In this document: positions 1 through 11,385 of the stretch, piece by piece | Layout: each line of letters opens with the position of its first letter | Numbering within the stretch: the first letter of the stretch is position 1 | From: an uncultured Armatimonadia bacterium | GTDB lineage: Bacteria > Armatimonadota > Zipacnadia > CAVVLO01 | DNA: 64,000 nucleotides | Assembly (NCBI GenBank): GCA_963749155.1 | Contig: CAVVLO010000002.1 | Span: forward strand, 704,001 to 768,000 | Direction: 5' to 3' | Program-made: the position numbers and the translations under genes | Notes under the pieces: model-generated | What the model was told of the DNA's origin: nothing | Seen by the model: only the letters and a program-made list of their open reading frames with translations | The model's database searches: none

Positions 1-1
1 C

Positions 2-232
2 TACAATGTGGACGCCCCGCTGGTCGAGACGCCGCTCAGTGCCGCCGAGGTGGAGATCCCCCTCAGGATGCAGGTCGGCGCGCCTTCGCAGCCGGTCGTC
101 GCGGTTGGCGATGTGGTGAAGGCAGGCCAGCTTATCGCCTGCATCCCCGAAGGCGCCCTGGGCGCCAATATCCACGCCAGCATCAGCGGCAAGGTCACCG
201 CGGTGGACGGCTATATTGCCATCGAGGCTTAA
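2..232 (+). CDS. C-terminal part of PduS/RnfC-like BMC-associated Fe-S flavoprotein (5' truncated by window edge)
   Basis: Frame open from position 2. PLRMQVGAPSQPVVAVGDVVKAGQLIA...GANIHASISGKV is the RnfC-type sandwich-hybrid domain found at the PduS C-terminus; lies directly before a PduT-like gene. Confidence 0.75.
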   Translation, partial: YNVDAPLVETPLSAAEVEIPLRMQVGAPSQPVVAVGDVVKAGQLIACIPEGALGANIHASISGKVTAVDGYIAIEA

Positions 233-246
233 GTGAGGACTGCTAT

Positions 247-795
247 ATGAACCGCGCTATCGGTATGATCGAATATTTCAGCATCGCTGCGGGCATCAAA
301 GCTACTGACGAGATGCTCGATGCGGCCGCTGTGGAGTTGCTTTTCTCGATGCCCGTCTGTCCGGGCAAGTATTTCGTGATGTGCGCGGGCGAGGTCTCGG
401 CTGTCCAGACCGCCGTAAACGTCGCTCGCAATGTATCGCCCGAATTGACCACCGACTGGGTGCTGCTGCCCAATGTGGACGAGTCCATCTTCTCCGCTCT
501 GACCGGTACAGTGCCTGTCGACGATATCAAAGCCCTGGGCGTTATCGAGACCTTCACTGGCCCCGCTGCGGTTATGGCCGCCGATATCGTCGTGAAAGCT
601 GCCGATATCAAGCTTATCGAGATCCGCCTGTGCAAGGGGCTGGGCGGCAAGGCCTACACGCTCTATACAGGCGATGTGTCGGCCTGTGAATCCGCGACTC
701 GTGTTGCGGTGAACCAGCTCCAGAGCCAGTCGCTTATCGTCTCTTACGCGGTCATCCCCTCGCCCAACGAGGAACTTATCCGCGCCTTGCTCTGA
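247..795 (+). CDS. Tandem BMC-domain shell protein (PduT-like, BMC-T)
   Basis: Two BMC domains (AIGMIE...DEMLDAA...CPGKY; ALGVIET...AADIVVKAA...GLGGK); the Cys of CPGKY matches the PduT pore Fe-S ligand position. Confidence 0.9.
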   Translation: MNRAIGMIEYFSIAAGIKATDEMLDAAAVELLFSMPVCPGKYFVMCAGEVSAVQTAVNVARNVSPELTTDWVLLPNVDESIFSALTGTVPVDDIKALGVIETFTGPAAVMAADIVVKAADIKLIEIRLCKGLGGKAYTLYTGDVSACESATRVAVNQLQSQSLIVSYAVIPSPNEELIRALL

Positions 796-823
796 CCCCC
801 TTCCCCAGCGGCAGGAGGCCCTG

Positions 824-2029
824 ATGAAGTTACTCGTGCTCAATAGTGGTGGCTCGTCGGTCAAGTACAAGCTGTATGATATGAGCGATGAGAGCGTCCT
901 CCTGGCGGGGGGCGTGGAGCGCCTTAACGAGCCGTCCGGCCTGGTCAAGCATAGGTGGGGCGCGGGGCAGGTTCACGAAGAAGAGATGCCCTCTCCAAGC
1001 CATCAGAAGGCCATCCTCCGTGCCCTTGAGCTGGTCGTGGATCCTGGCCTTGGCGGACTGGCGTCCCTCTCCGAAGTCGAAGCCGTTGGCCATCGCGTTG
1101 TGCACGCAGGCGAGCACTACACTGGCTCGGTGCTCATCACCCCTGACGTCGTCCGCGCGCTTGAGGAGTGCTCCGACCTCGCGCCGCTGCATAACCCGCC
1201 CAACCTGGCGGGTATCCGCGCTGCCCAGGCCGCGATGCCCCAGGTGCCGCATGTTGCCGTCTTCGACAACGCCCTGCACCACACGGTGAAGGATTACGCT
1301 TATACCTATGCCTTGCCCTATGAATACTTCGAAAAATATCGCATCCGCAGGTATGGTTTCCACGGGGTGGCTTTCCGCAGCGCGACCGCCCAGGCCGCCG
1401 AGTTGCTTGAGAAACCCCTCTCAGAGCTGCGTCTGGTCACGCTGATGCTGGGCAGCGGCTGCACGGCCAATGCGATGAAGCACGGCGCCTCTTGCGAGGT
1501 CAGCACGGGCTTCACCCCGCTGGAAGGGCTCATCCAGTCGACGCGTACGGGTGATATGGACCCTGCTGTGCTGCTCTATATAATGGAAAAAGAAGGCAAG
1601 ACCCCCGCCGAGATGAACGCCCTGCTCAACAAGCAGAGCGGCTGGTATGGCATCTCGGGCGTCAGTCAGGATATGCGCGAGGTGACGCGCAAAGCTACCG
1701 AAGGTGATTACCGCGCCAACCTGGCTATCCAGGCTTTCTGCCATCGAGCCAAGAAATACGTGGGCGCTTACGCGGCGGCGATGGGCGGGATTGACGCTCT
1801 GGTCTTCGCCGGGGGCGTGGGCGAGAACGAATGCGGGCTACGCGCCGAGATCTGCGGTGGCCTGGAGTTCCTCGGATTGTACCTCGATTCGCGCAAGAAC
1901 CGCGATCACAAGGGCAAGCCAGGGGTAGTTTCCACCGACGCCTCGCCCGCGAGCATCGTGGTTGTGGCCTGCAACGAAGAATTGGTAATCGCGCGCGACA
2001 CCGCTGAGGTCGCCGCCAGGGAGGGTTAA
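824..2029 (+). CDS. ackA: Acetate/propionate kinase
   Basis: LVLNSGGSSVKY, GHRVVHAG, APLHNP, RRYGFHG, GFTPLEGL, DALVFAGGVGEN and NEELVIA motifs. Confidence 0.93.
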   Translation: MKLLVLNSGGSSVKYKLYDMSDESVLLAGGVERLNEPSGLVKHRWGAGQVHEEEMPSPSHQKAILRALELVVDPGLGGLASLSEVEAVGHRVVHAGEHYTGSVLITPDVVRALEECSDLAPLHNPPNLAGIRAAQAAMPQVPHVAVFDNALHHTVKDYAYTYALPYEYFEKYRIRRYGFHGVAFRSATAQAAELLEKPLSELRLVTLMLGSGCTANAMKHGASCEVSTGFTPLEGLIQSTRTGDMDPAVLLYIMEKEGKTPAEMNALLNKQSGWYGISGVSQDMREVTRKATEGDYRANLAIQAFCHRAKKYVGAYAAAMGGIDALVFAGGVGENECGLRAEICGGLEFLGLYLDSRKNRDHKGKPGVVSTDASPASIVVVACNEELVIARDTAEVAAREG

Positions 2030-2034
2030 GCAAT

Positions 2035-2412
2035 ATGCGCAAGCCTGAAGGGGCCAGAGTCTGGCTGATCGGAGACGCCTATCTGCCCGCCGAGATCAAC
2101 CCCGAGCTGCCAGGGCACGAGTCCACCTGCGTGCTCAACACCTCGGAGAAGCCCGCCAACGTCGTGCTGACGTTCTACTTCGAGGATCGCGATCCCATCC
2201 GCGACGTGAAGGTGCCGGTCGGCCCAGAGCGCACGCTGCACATCAGGCTGGACAAGCCTGAGATGCTCGGTGGGATGACCTTGCCGCGCCTGGTGCCTTT
2301 CGCCATCAGGGTGGAGAGCGATATCCCGATCGTGGTGCAACATTCGCGCCTGGACGTCACACAGCCCAATCTGTCGGTCTCGACCAGCATCGCCTATCCG
2401 CTGGAAGACTAA
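2035..2412 (+). CDS. Sensory rhodopsin transducer (ASRT) family protein
   Basis: W.I.DAY.P...HES.CVLN...TFYFEDRDP...RTLH.RL...VESD.PIVVQHSRLD pattern. Confidence 0.85.
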   Translation: MRKPEGARVWLIGDAYLPAEINPELPGHESTCVLNTSEKPANVVLTFYFEDRDPIRDVKVPVGPERTLHIRLDKPEMLGGMTLPRLVPFAIRVESDIPIVVQHSRLDVTQPNLSVSTSIAYPLED

Positions 2413-2433
2413 CCCGACTCCGTAGCTCCTCTG

Positions 2434-2469
2434 AAGCCCCGGCGCCGCAAGGTGGCGGGGCTTTGTTTT
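2434..2469 (+). terminator. Intrinsic terminator closing the BMC operon
   Basis: aagccccggcgcc-gcaa-ggtggcggggctt stem-loop followed by tgtttt. Confidence 0.7.
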
Positions 2470-2489
2470 GGGCGGTTGGCAGACTAACC

Positions 2490-4931
2490 TCACCAGGTGG
2501 GACCCGATGACTTCTGGTAGTACTCGACCGGTTTCTGGGGCCTGGGCCGCCACCAGGTGGGACTGCAGGCAGCCAAGGCGTTCCAGCAGCACGGGTATAG
2601 CACCAGCGCTAGCAGTGGTCGCCCTGGCGTGCCGTGCTGATGCCTCGGAGCGACATTGCAATGCGATCTTGCTGTCGCCCTGCGGATCCCACATTACCCT
2701 GTGCGCGAAGGCTCCAGCAGGGCGATTGGCGGGCAGTACAACTCCTTGCCTCACCATCGACGCGAGCCCTCGCGCGCTACCTCAGCCGTAGGCGGCGCGG
2801 CGCTTCGTTCGGCGTTGCATTAGGTTTCCATCCTTCAGCCATGCGTTCGAGGCCCTCGGCGAGGGCAGGGCCTCTGCCTCCAGGAGCTCAGTCACGCTCC
2901 TGTCAGCGCGAGTCCGCACCAGACGGCCTGGAGCGTCGAGGCAGGAAGGTCCCACTGCCAAACCTGGCCAGTCAGTAGCGGCTGGCATAGAGAGCATCGG
3001 CCAGGTCTTGTGGCGGCGGGGTGCGCGTGGAATGCCAGGGCTCGAGCCAGGGCACATCGCCGTAGCTGGCAAGCAAGACTTCGGCCTGCTGACGCACGCG
3101 CTGCCAGTCAGAGCGCAGCAAGGCGTATCGCACCTCGTTGCCAAGCTCTCCCGCGGCCTGCCGGGCCTCTGGCGCCACCGGGTAATCTGGCGCGCGCAAT
3201 ACTTCGGCCGGTCCCTGCTGGGGGCGGCAGCAAGTGCTTCGGGCAGCATCGTATCAACTGGGGAGACCTGGGGCAGCGTGACCGGTTCAACGGTCACACC
3301 TTGGTAGCCAGTCGGCGCCTTTCGTGAGGGTCTGGCAGTGGTGGCAACACTGGGCTGCTTGTCTTCCTCCAGCCCCGGTACGTACTTGCGATATTCGACC
3401 GGAAAGAGTTCCAGGCGCTGCTCGTCGGGGAACCAGGCCCAGTCCAGCCCAAAGAGGGGCATAAAATCCTGCGCGGCGACGAGAAGGCGTCACGCGGTGA
3501 GGAGGCATAAATCTGCGCGCACGAGAGCGCGCCTTCGCGCAGCACTGGCGCGCTCAGCGTCACCGGCTTGCCCGCGACCTCGGCCTGGATGCTGCCGACG
3601 GTCAGCAGCACTTTCGTGTTAGGCGTCCGGGTGGACTCGGTCTTGTCGCTCCCCTGCTCCGGAGGCGCCAGTCGCATCACCTTTAGCTCTACAGGGCCCT
3701 GCTCCCATCCGGAAATGAGACGCGCCGAAGCCCCCAGTATGAGGGTCGCCTCGACCGGTGCGTAGATAAAACCATCTCTCGCGATGGCCGCGCAGACAGG
3801 CTGGTTACCCAGACAGAGTAGAGGCTGCGCGAGTCCGGCTGCCGCTAAGGCTCTTCGGGCATCGAAGTAGTTAAGGGTAGCTGTTGCGGCAGGCTGCCTG
3901 TACCACTCCTGAAGTGAGTCCTCAGAACAATGAAACACAGGCGACATACTTCGAGCAAACTGCGCATCCCGCTCTCCTTCCAGCAACTGGACATACGGGA
4001 CGCACTCGGCGGGCTGACCGTTGACCAGCCCACGGATAGCCTGGGCTTCAAGGGCGGCTTCCTCAAGGGTCGGGGTGGACAGGTAGTCCACTTGGGTTCC
4101 TTTTTCGGGATAACCGAGTTTCTCGTTTGCAGCCCGGCGCCCCTCAGGTGTGCGCAGGTCGAAGCCGTCGAGTTCTGAGGCGCGAGGCTTATACCAACTC
4201 AACACCTTGAAGTCCGAGCCCAGGCGCTCTGCTGCCCAGCCCAGACGTTCTTCGGCCAGCTTCAGCAGTTCCACATCGCCTGCCACCAGTTGCAGCTTCG
4301 CCCACTGCAGGCAGTGGGCTTCCTCGGCGAAGTGGTCCACCATCGCGGGGGAGGGATTGCCTCCGGCTCCGGCAAGCCCCGGCTTGCCCAGCTTGCGCAA
4401 GGCCAGGTCGGTCAGCAGCCAGGGCGTTGACGCTGGCCATGCGAAGTACGAGGCCCACGGCCCCCACTCGGGGCCCAGTAGCGGAGCAGTCGCCTCAAGC
4501 AGCCCGCGCCAGTCCTCGGTCAGGAAGCAGAGCCGGGCAAGCAGAGAACGCGCGCTGACTGGGTAGATGTAGGGCTTCTGCTTGCCTTCATCTTGCTGAC
4601 CGCCTTGGAGTAGCAACTTGCGGAGCGCCTCAACACTGGTATAGGCGGCATCCACCTCTTCTTGCGGCACTTCTGTATTGCCGTAGTAGGCAACCAGCGC
4701 CATCACGTCGCCGTACATCGCCTGCAAATCCTCGATTTGGGCCTGCAGAAGGACCCAGTCGGCGGGTGTTTTTGCTTCGGGCAGTTGCTTGTGGAGGTCA
4801 GCAAGGGCTTCAGCCTGGGCGCGTAGCTCGGGGTCACTGGGCAGCAGGTAGCCATAGGGAACCGGTTCAGCACAGGCGGTAGCGAGCAGAAAGGCAACCA
4901 ATAGCGCGAGGCAGAGTGTTGCGCGGGTCAT
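2490..4931 (-). CDS. Secreted helical-repeat protein with copper-amine-oxidase N-terminal (stalk)-like domain; multiply frameshifted, 3' end uncertain
   Basis: Signal peptide MTRATLCLALLVAFLLATACA after ggagg. LTVGSIQAEVAGKPVTLSAPVLREG is stalk-like; it continues in ORFs 2782..3462 and 2972..3199. Confidence 0.45.
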
Positions 4932-5138
4932 AGCGATTCCTCCCAAAGCAAGATGGTGAGGCGCTGCTGACACTTGGACTTGAAGCGAAACCGATTTGTT
5001 CCATTATAACCGATAAGGCTAGCTGGGCAGGGAGGATTTACTAATTCGATTTGGCGAAACACAAAATCAGGCCTCCAGCAGGAAGCTTACCCTCTCATGT
5101 GTAATTTACTTCCGGCTACGGCCCAGGGGAGGGCAACT

Positions 5139-8027
5139 ATGAAGCCTGTCCAGATACTGCTAATTACGGTTTTGCTGCTTGGAGCGCTCGCGCTGCAGGT
5201 GGCAGCCCAAGGCGAAGGTGGCACGATGAGTTTCTCGACTGACTATGCAAGCTGGATTATCAGCCCGGACGGCAAGGCCCTCAGCCTCCTTGATAAAGCC
5301 TCAGGGCAGGATTATGCCGGCCAGCCAGCCCATCCGATTGCCGTGGTGCGAGTCGCCGGCACAGACTGGTTTGCCACATCAGCTTCCTTTGACCAGGGCA
5401 AGCTTACCGTTGGCTTCGGCGAGTCGGGCATCAAAATGGTGCTTGGACTACGTGAGCGCGCTCATTATGTGATGGCCGAGGTGATCTCGGTCGAAGGCGA
5501 GGGCATCGAGCAACTCACTTTCGTAGGTATCCCCACCCGGCTGACGGGCGATGTCGCGGAGCCCTTCTCCGTGTGCGCACTGGCGCTTAATCTGCAGACC
5601 AATGTGACTCCCTTGCCTGGCCAGATGACCTGGCTGCAGGCTCTGTGTTATCCGCGCTTTGGCCTTGTCGGCGCGAAGGTGGCCCTTATCGCCTGCCCAA
5701 CCGCCGAACTGCGTAACGTGATGAAAGAGGCCGTCACTGACGCGCCCGACCTGCCTCATAGCCCAATCGGCGGCCCCTGGGCCCTCGATGCGCCCGGCAA
5801 CCGGGAATCCTATTTCTTCAACTTCGGCGACCTGACCGAAGAGACCGTGGACGAGTGGATAGGACTTGCGCATAACCTCGGCATCACCCAGATAGACTTC
5901 CACGGTGGCGGGTCCTTCAGGTTCGGCGATTGCAAGCCCAACCCGACGATGTACCCCAACGGACGCGCCAGTATGAAGGCGGTCATCGACAAGTTGCACG
6001 CAGCAGGCATCAAGGCCGGCTTGCACACCTATGCGCATTTCATCTCGCCCGATTGTCCCTGGATAACTCCTGTCCCAAGCAAAGACCTCGCCAAGATTTC
6101 GACCTACACTCTGACTACAGGCCTTGGGGAGACGGACCTCGAGCTGGCGGTGGATGAATCCACCGAGCAAATCTCAACTGTCGTCGGTTTCTTCATCCGC
6201 AACAGCCTCATCCTGCAGGTGGATGATGAGCTGATGCGTTTTGAGAGCGCGACCAAAGAGGCGCCTTTCACTTTCAAACTGACCGAACGTGGCGCCTTTG
6301 GGACGAAGGTTGCGGCCCATGAAGCGGGCGCCAGAGTCCATCATCTCATGCAATGCTTCTTCCTCTTCGCGCCCGATGGCGATTCGCCCTTGCTCGAGGA
6401 AGTCGCAGCGACAACGGCCGATTTTTACAACGAATGTGGCTTCGATATGATTTACCTCGACGCGCTCGATGGCGAAGACGTGCTCGGTGGGTGGGAGAAC
6501 GCCTGGCATTACGGCTCCAAGTTTACTTTCGAGATAGTAAAACGCCTTAATAAAGCGCCGATTATGGAGATGAGCACCTTCCATCATCATCTCTGGTATG
6601 TCCGCGCGCGGATGGGCGCCTGGGATCACCCCACGCGCGCCTACAAGACCTTCGTGGATTTACACTGCGAGTCCAACAAGGGCTGCGACAAGATGTTCCT
6701 GCCTGCTCACCTCGGCTGGTGGCGGACTATTATGACCCCCGATTTCCAGCAGGAAAGGACTTATCCGGATGATGCAGAGTATCTGCTGGCCAAGTGCGCC
6801 GCGCATCAGTGCGGGCTTTCGCCGCAGGAGTTCACTCCCGCCACTTACGCCGCCTCAGCTTATCTGCAGCGTATAGGGAACCTCTACAAGAACTGGGAGG
6901 AGCTGCGGCTAGCTGGTTTCTTTACACCCGAACTGTGCGCGAAGCTCGCTGTGCCTGATTCGGATTTCTCGCTGACCACCAACGCCGCAGGGCAACCTGC
7001 GGTGCGCGAGATGGAATATGTAAAACACAAGGTCGAGGGTAACGCTCACCCGACTTCTACCTGGACTGTCTCCAACCAGTTCGAGGGTCAGCCTGTGAAA
7101 CTGCGCATTGAGGCCTTGCTCTCGGCCGGCGCGTATGATTCGCCCGAAGCGGTCACCCTGACAGATTTTAGTGATCCTGCCTGGTTCGCCGAAAGGGGCT
7201 CCTCAGCGGGAGTCCAGTATAATCTGACCACCTCGACCGAACAGGTAAAAACCGGCGCAGCCAGTGGACTTTTCGCCGCGGACTCGCCCCCCGTCAGCGA
7301 AGTGACGGATGCCAAGAGTCATCAAGTTTCTCCTCTCTCGAGCACGGTCAGCGCGCAGTCGAGGGCACGCCTCTGCATTGTTACCTGGGCGCCGAATTTG
7401 CCCCCTTGAAAGATCTGTCGGGCAAGACGGCACTTGGGGTCTGGGTGTATGGCGATGGTCAGGGCGAGGTGCTAAACCTGCAACTGCTCAGTCCCCACTA
7501 TATGATGAGTGGTTATTGCGACCGCTATATCATCGTAGACTTCACCGGCTGGCGCTATTTCGAGCTGATAGAATCCGAAGGCGATCGGGCCGAGACGCTG
7601 GCCTGGCCCTATAGTGGCAATGTCTATGCGATGTACAGAGAGACCATAACGCCTGCCGCTATAGAGCGCATGCGGCTTTGGTACAACCTGCTGCCTCCGG
7701 CGAGACAGGGCCGAGTGTTATCTCAGCCCTATCAAGGCACTGCCTCTGGCAAAAGAGAAGGTCGCCCATCCCACGGTGACCATCAACGGGCAGCGACTTA
7801 CCTTCCCCATCGAGTTGCCTACAGGTTGCTGGCTGGAATACAACGGCCTGGACGACTGCAAGGCCTACGATGAGGTTGGCAATCTCCTTGCCGAAGTGAA
7901 GCCCTTTGGCGAAGCGCCTGAACTCAAAGCGGGAGAAAACACCTTCGAGTTCGAATGCGCGCCCCTCGAAAGTGGCCTGAATCCGAGGGCGCTTGTGACC
8001 GTAAACTGCGAAGGACCAATACTCTAG
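5139..8027 (+). CDS. Large secreted glycoside-hydrolase-like TIM-barrel protein (frameshifts near 7400 and 7700-7760)
   Basis: Signal peptide MKPVQILL...VAAQ; GIKAGLHTY and FDMIYLDALDG motifs; ORFs 5097..7409, 7406..7873 and 7776..8027 join. Confidence 0.55.
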
Positions 8028-8040
8028 ATACAAGCTGCGG

Positions 8041-8069
8041 TTGACGTATACCACCCACGGCGGTAAGAT
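8041..8069 (+). promoter_or_regulatory. sigmaA-type promoter of tRNA-Pro
   Basis: TTGACG-N17-TAAGAT. Confidence 0.75.
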
Positions 8070-8100
8070 TGCCGCCGGCGATAACCTGATATCGCCAGGT

Positions 8101-8178
8101 CGGGGCGTAGCGCAGCTTGGTTAGCGCGCGTGCCTTGGGAGCACGAGGTCGCCAGTTCAAATCTGGCCGCCCCGACCA
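8101..8178 (+). tRNA. tRNA-Pro(TGG)
   Basis: Cloverleaf; anticodon arm cgtgc-ctTGGga-gcacg; GTTCAAA T-loop; encoded CCA. Confidence 0.96.
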
Positions 8179-8204
8179 GCCTTCTTCCTTCGCTGGAGGC
8201 CCTG

Positions 8205-10307
8205 ATGCGCTATATTCTCCTTGTGATGATCCTGATTGGGCTCTTCCTAGCTCAGACTCTTGTCGCCTCAGCCGATGAGAAAACAGACTATCCTCGCCTG
8301 GCCAACCTGTGGGGGATGAACTTCTGGAGCCTGCCAGAGATGACTCCAGCTGACTACGACGCCTGGGCCAGATATGACCTGCTGATAACTGCTGGGGGTT
8401 CTGTTGACCAGTGGAAGCAACTGCGCGCCGAGTTGGACAAACGCCATCCGGGAATCAAGCTGCTGCAGACTGCTCCGCTAAATAACATCGAATATGATCC
8501 CCCCTGGCTGAACACCGAGCTTTACCTTAGACGTCCTGATGGCACCCGGTATCGCTGGTGGGCCGACCAGATCAGTATCCCCAATATCCTGCTGGACGAG
8601 TGCTTCGAAGCCATCATCGCCGAGATCGAGAAAGACGCCGCCCCCTATGTCGACTCGGGACTCTGCAACGGGCTGTTCTTCGACAGCGTGGTACCGGCGC
8701 TCTCCTTCTGGGGTGATACCGATGCCAACCTCGATGGTGTAGCCGACGGCGCCACACTTGATGAAGCCTGGCAGGCGCGCCAGAACGAGGTCTTCGCGCG
8801 TGTGAGAGAGCGCTTCCCAGGTATAGTACTGATGGCTAACGATGTCGATTTGAACCACGGTGAGCAGCTAAAGGGACGCCTCTTCGAAGGCGGCACACTT
8901 TTCGACCGCGCGGCAGAAGGTCGGCTTTCGGTAGGCGAAGTCGTGCGCGCTTTGGGCAAGTTTGAAGGCGCAATGCGCCAGCCGACAACCAACTTTACCT
9001 TGATGAGTCATCCTCTCGGCTGGCAAGGCTGGCGAGTTGGCCTGGCAGCCAAAAGTCATAGGCCAGGCGATGTGCCCCTGGTGCTGCGCGACTTCCGCAG
9101 GATGCGTCTTGGACTGGCTCTCAGCTTGATGGGTGACACCTTTTACGCTTATGATTTCGGCACCACTTATTACGGCCTTCGCACCTGGTATGCCGAATTC
9201 GATGCGCCCCTCGGCAAGCCGCTGGCACCCGCTGAAAAACTCTACCCCTTCGGCAAAACGCCGGAAAAAGTCGTCTTCGAGTGGCAGGCGGGCCAGCCGG
9301 CGACCGGATTCCGGATGGATGAATTCGTGCAAGCGAGACGCCCTGAAGGGCTGGAAGTAACCATAACCGACTCACCTCCCGACCAGTGGCATAATCCGCT
9401 CTCGACCGATCCTGTAAAAGTCTCACTTGCGCCTGGGAAGACTTACCACGTCCAGGTAGAAGCGCTAGTGCCTCCTCAGCCCAGACCCGCGTGGGCTGTG
9501 ACGGTCAGGACACCCACCGGCGGCTGGCAACATCATGACAAGGGTTATCATCCACTGGATTACCGCACCGCCGAGGCCCTGACCTCGGGCACGAGCCGCG
9601 AGTGGAAGGTGGATACCCTTGTCACGCTGGACGACTTCAGCGACTATTCGGTCCAATGGCATCTCCTCGCCAACGGTACGCTGACCGTCACGAGCCTGCG
9701 CATAAGCGAGGCTCCCGAGGAGTGCTGGCAGCGGCGTTTCGAGGGCGGGCGTGTGCTGGTGAACGCCACAGCGCAACCGGTAACTCTAGCGCTGCCCAGA
9801 CCTCTACGCAAAGTCAAAGATGACGCTGCGCCGCGTTATACACTGCAACTCGACAACAACGAGGCAGGCTTCTCCTGCACCGGAGAATGGGGCTGGGCAG
9901 CACCCGAGGTCAGCTTCCTGGGCACAGACTTCCGCACAGCCGAGGGGCAGGGCAAGCTGGCAAAGTGGACCTTTACCGCCCCCAGCACTGACACTTATAC
10001 TCTTCTCAGTTAACCTGCCCGGTGGCGAGGACTTACACCGAAGCGCGCCCTTTACAGCCTCGAAGGGCTCGCAGACGCGCCGGTCGTCGCAGTCGACCAG
10101 GCCGCAGGCGATGGCGGCTGGAAGCAGCTCTTCCAGGTGCCTCTAACCAGGGGCCAGCGTTACAGTGTTATGCTGCGCAGTGGCCGAAAAGGGCTGACCT
10201 TCGCCGATAGCCTGCTTGTTGAAAGCGCTGCTCGGTACAATGATGGCGCGCTTGTGAACCAGGTCGAGCTGGCCCCGCTGGATGCCGTCGTGTTGGTGAA
10301 TCCATAA
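8205..10307 (+). CDS. Secreted putative glycoside hydrolase (GHL15-like) with inserted carbohydrate-binding and golvesin-like domains; frameshifts near 10005-10090
   Basis: Signal peptide; GLFFDSV, YAYDFG...WYAEFDAPLGKP and WQRRFEGGRVLVN motifs; C-terminus ends ...LAPLDAVVLVNP* at 10307. Confidence 0.6.
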
Positions 10308-10308
10308 C

Positions 10309-11385
10309 CTAAGCGCGCCCTGTCCAGTAGTCTCGGACCTCTTCGCAGGCCGCCATCAGGGCCTCGAGGTTCTCCATCGGCACGTCAGGATACATATCAT
10401 AGGCGATGATGAGCCCGCCATGCGGGCTACCGAGTTTCAGGGCTATCTCCCTGATATGGTCGCGCACCTCGGCAGGTGTGCCATACGGCAATTGATATTG
10501 TCTGTCCACGCTGACGATGAGGCACATCCGCCCCTTCAGCAACCTGGCTGTCGTGTCCACTCCCATACAGTTGATCTGCATGTTGAAGGCTGTCAGCCCC
10601 GCCTCGAGGAACTCCTCCCACAGGTCCACCGTGTGGCCGTCCGAGTGCTGACCTGTCAGCGCGCCATACTGCTTGCACAGGGCGTACATCCGCGTATAAC
10701 CGGGCTTGAAATAGCGGCGGAAGGTCTGCGGGCTGATGAGGCAACGGTCCTGGCAGCCCCAGTCATCGCCAAACATCACCAGGTCCACGGGCGAGGAGAT
10801 GCGCAGCACCTGTTCGAGGTAGCGCATATTGTAGTCCAGCACCAACTGGACAATCTCGTCCATCTCCGGTGTCTCTTCGGCCATATCGGCGAGGGCGTTT
10901 ACCATCCCGCGCAGGAAGTGGACCCGCTCGAAGAAGCGCTCTCCACCCACCGTGACCATCCCGCCAGCCGCCCTTGCAGCGTTGCAGGCGGCGGCGACAG
11001 CGCCCCAGTTGTGCTCGCCTCGCTCGCTGTATTTCAGCGGGTCGGGCGCCCGGTAGTGGCGCAGATGGCGGATGTCAGCGAGCGGGTGCTCCTTGATAAG
11101 GCCTTCCATCCCATGGCGCAGGGCGTGCCAAAGGCAGCCCCAGTTGTCGAGATACTCCTCATCGGCGCGATAACCGGGTGCGACCAGGGCGTCGTAGTCA
11201 GTCCCGCGCTGCGGCACCCAGCCGACCTGCCCAGGATATTTCTCCAGCAGGGGAATAAGATCGTCGCCGTAACGCAGCCAGGTGGCCATCGAGAGGCTGC
11301 CCCAGATGGGGATCTCCCCTGTACCTGTATTGGTCATTGTAGCGCGAAGCTTCTGTCCGGCAGTGCGAGTGTCAGCCTGGGTCAT
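10309..11385 (-). CDS. Uroporphyrinogen decarboxylase / MtaA-CmuA-like family protein
   Basis: DNWGC.W, FLRGM.NAL.D, FGDDWG.Q...LISP..FR...KP.Y, HSDG, VDRQ..LP.GTP.EV motifs; start overlaps the upstream stop (ATGA). Confidence 0.85.
   Translation of the reverse strand: MTQADTRTAGQKLRATMTNTGTGEIPIWGSLSMATWLRYGDDLIPLLEKYPGQVGWVPQRGTDYDALVAPGYRADEEYLDNWGCLWHALRHGMEGLIKEHPLADIRHLRHYRAPDPLKYSERGEHNWGAVAAACNAARAAGGMVTVGGERFFERVHFLRGMVNALADMAEETPEMDEIVQLVLDYNMRYLEQVLRISSPVDLVMFGDDWGCQDRCLISPQTFRRYFKPGYTRMYALCKQYGALTGQHSDGHTVDLWEEFLEAGLTAFNMQINCMGVDTTARLLKGRMCLIVSVDRQYQLPYGTPAEVRDHIREIALKLGSPHGGLIIAYDMYPDVPMENLEALMAACEEVRDYWTGRA

Noticed and set aside
2491..2563. caccaggtgggac repeated 60 bp apart as a CRISPR remnant
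   Set aside because: Only two 13-bp copies, no cas genes, and it lies in probable coding sequence.
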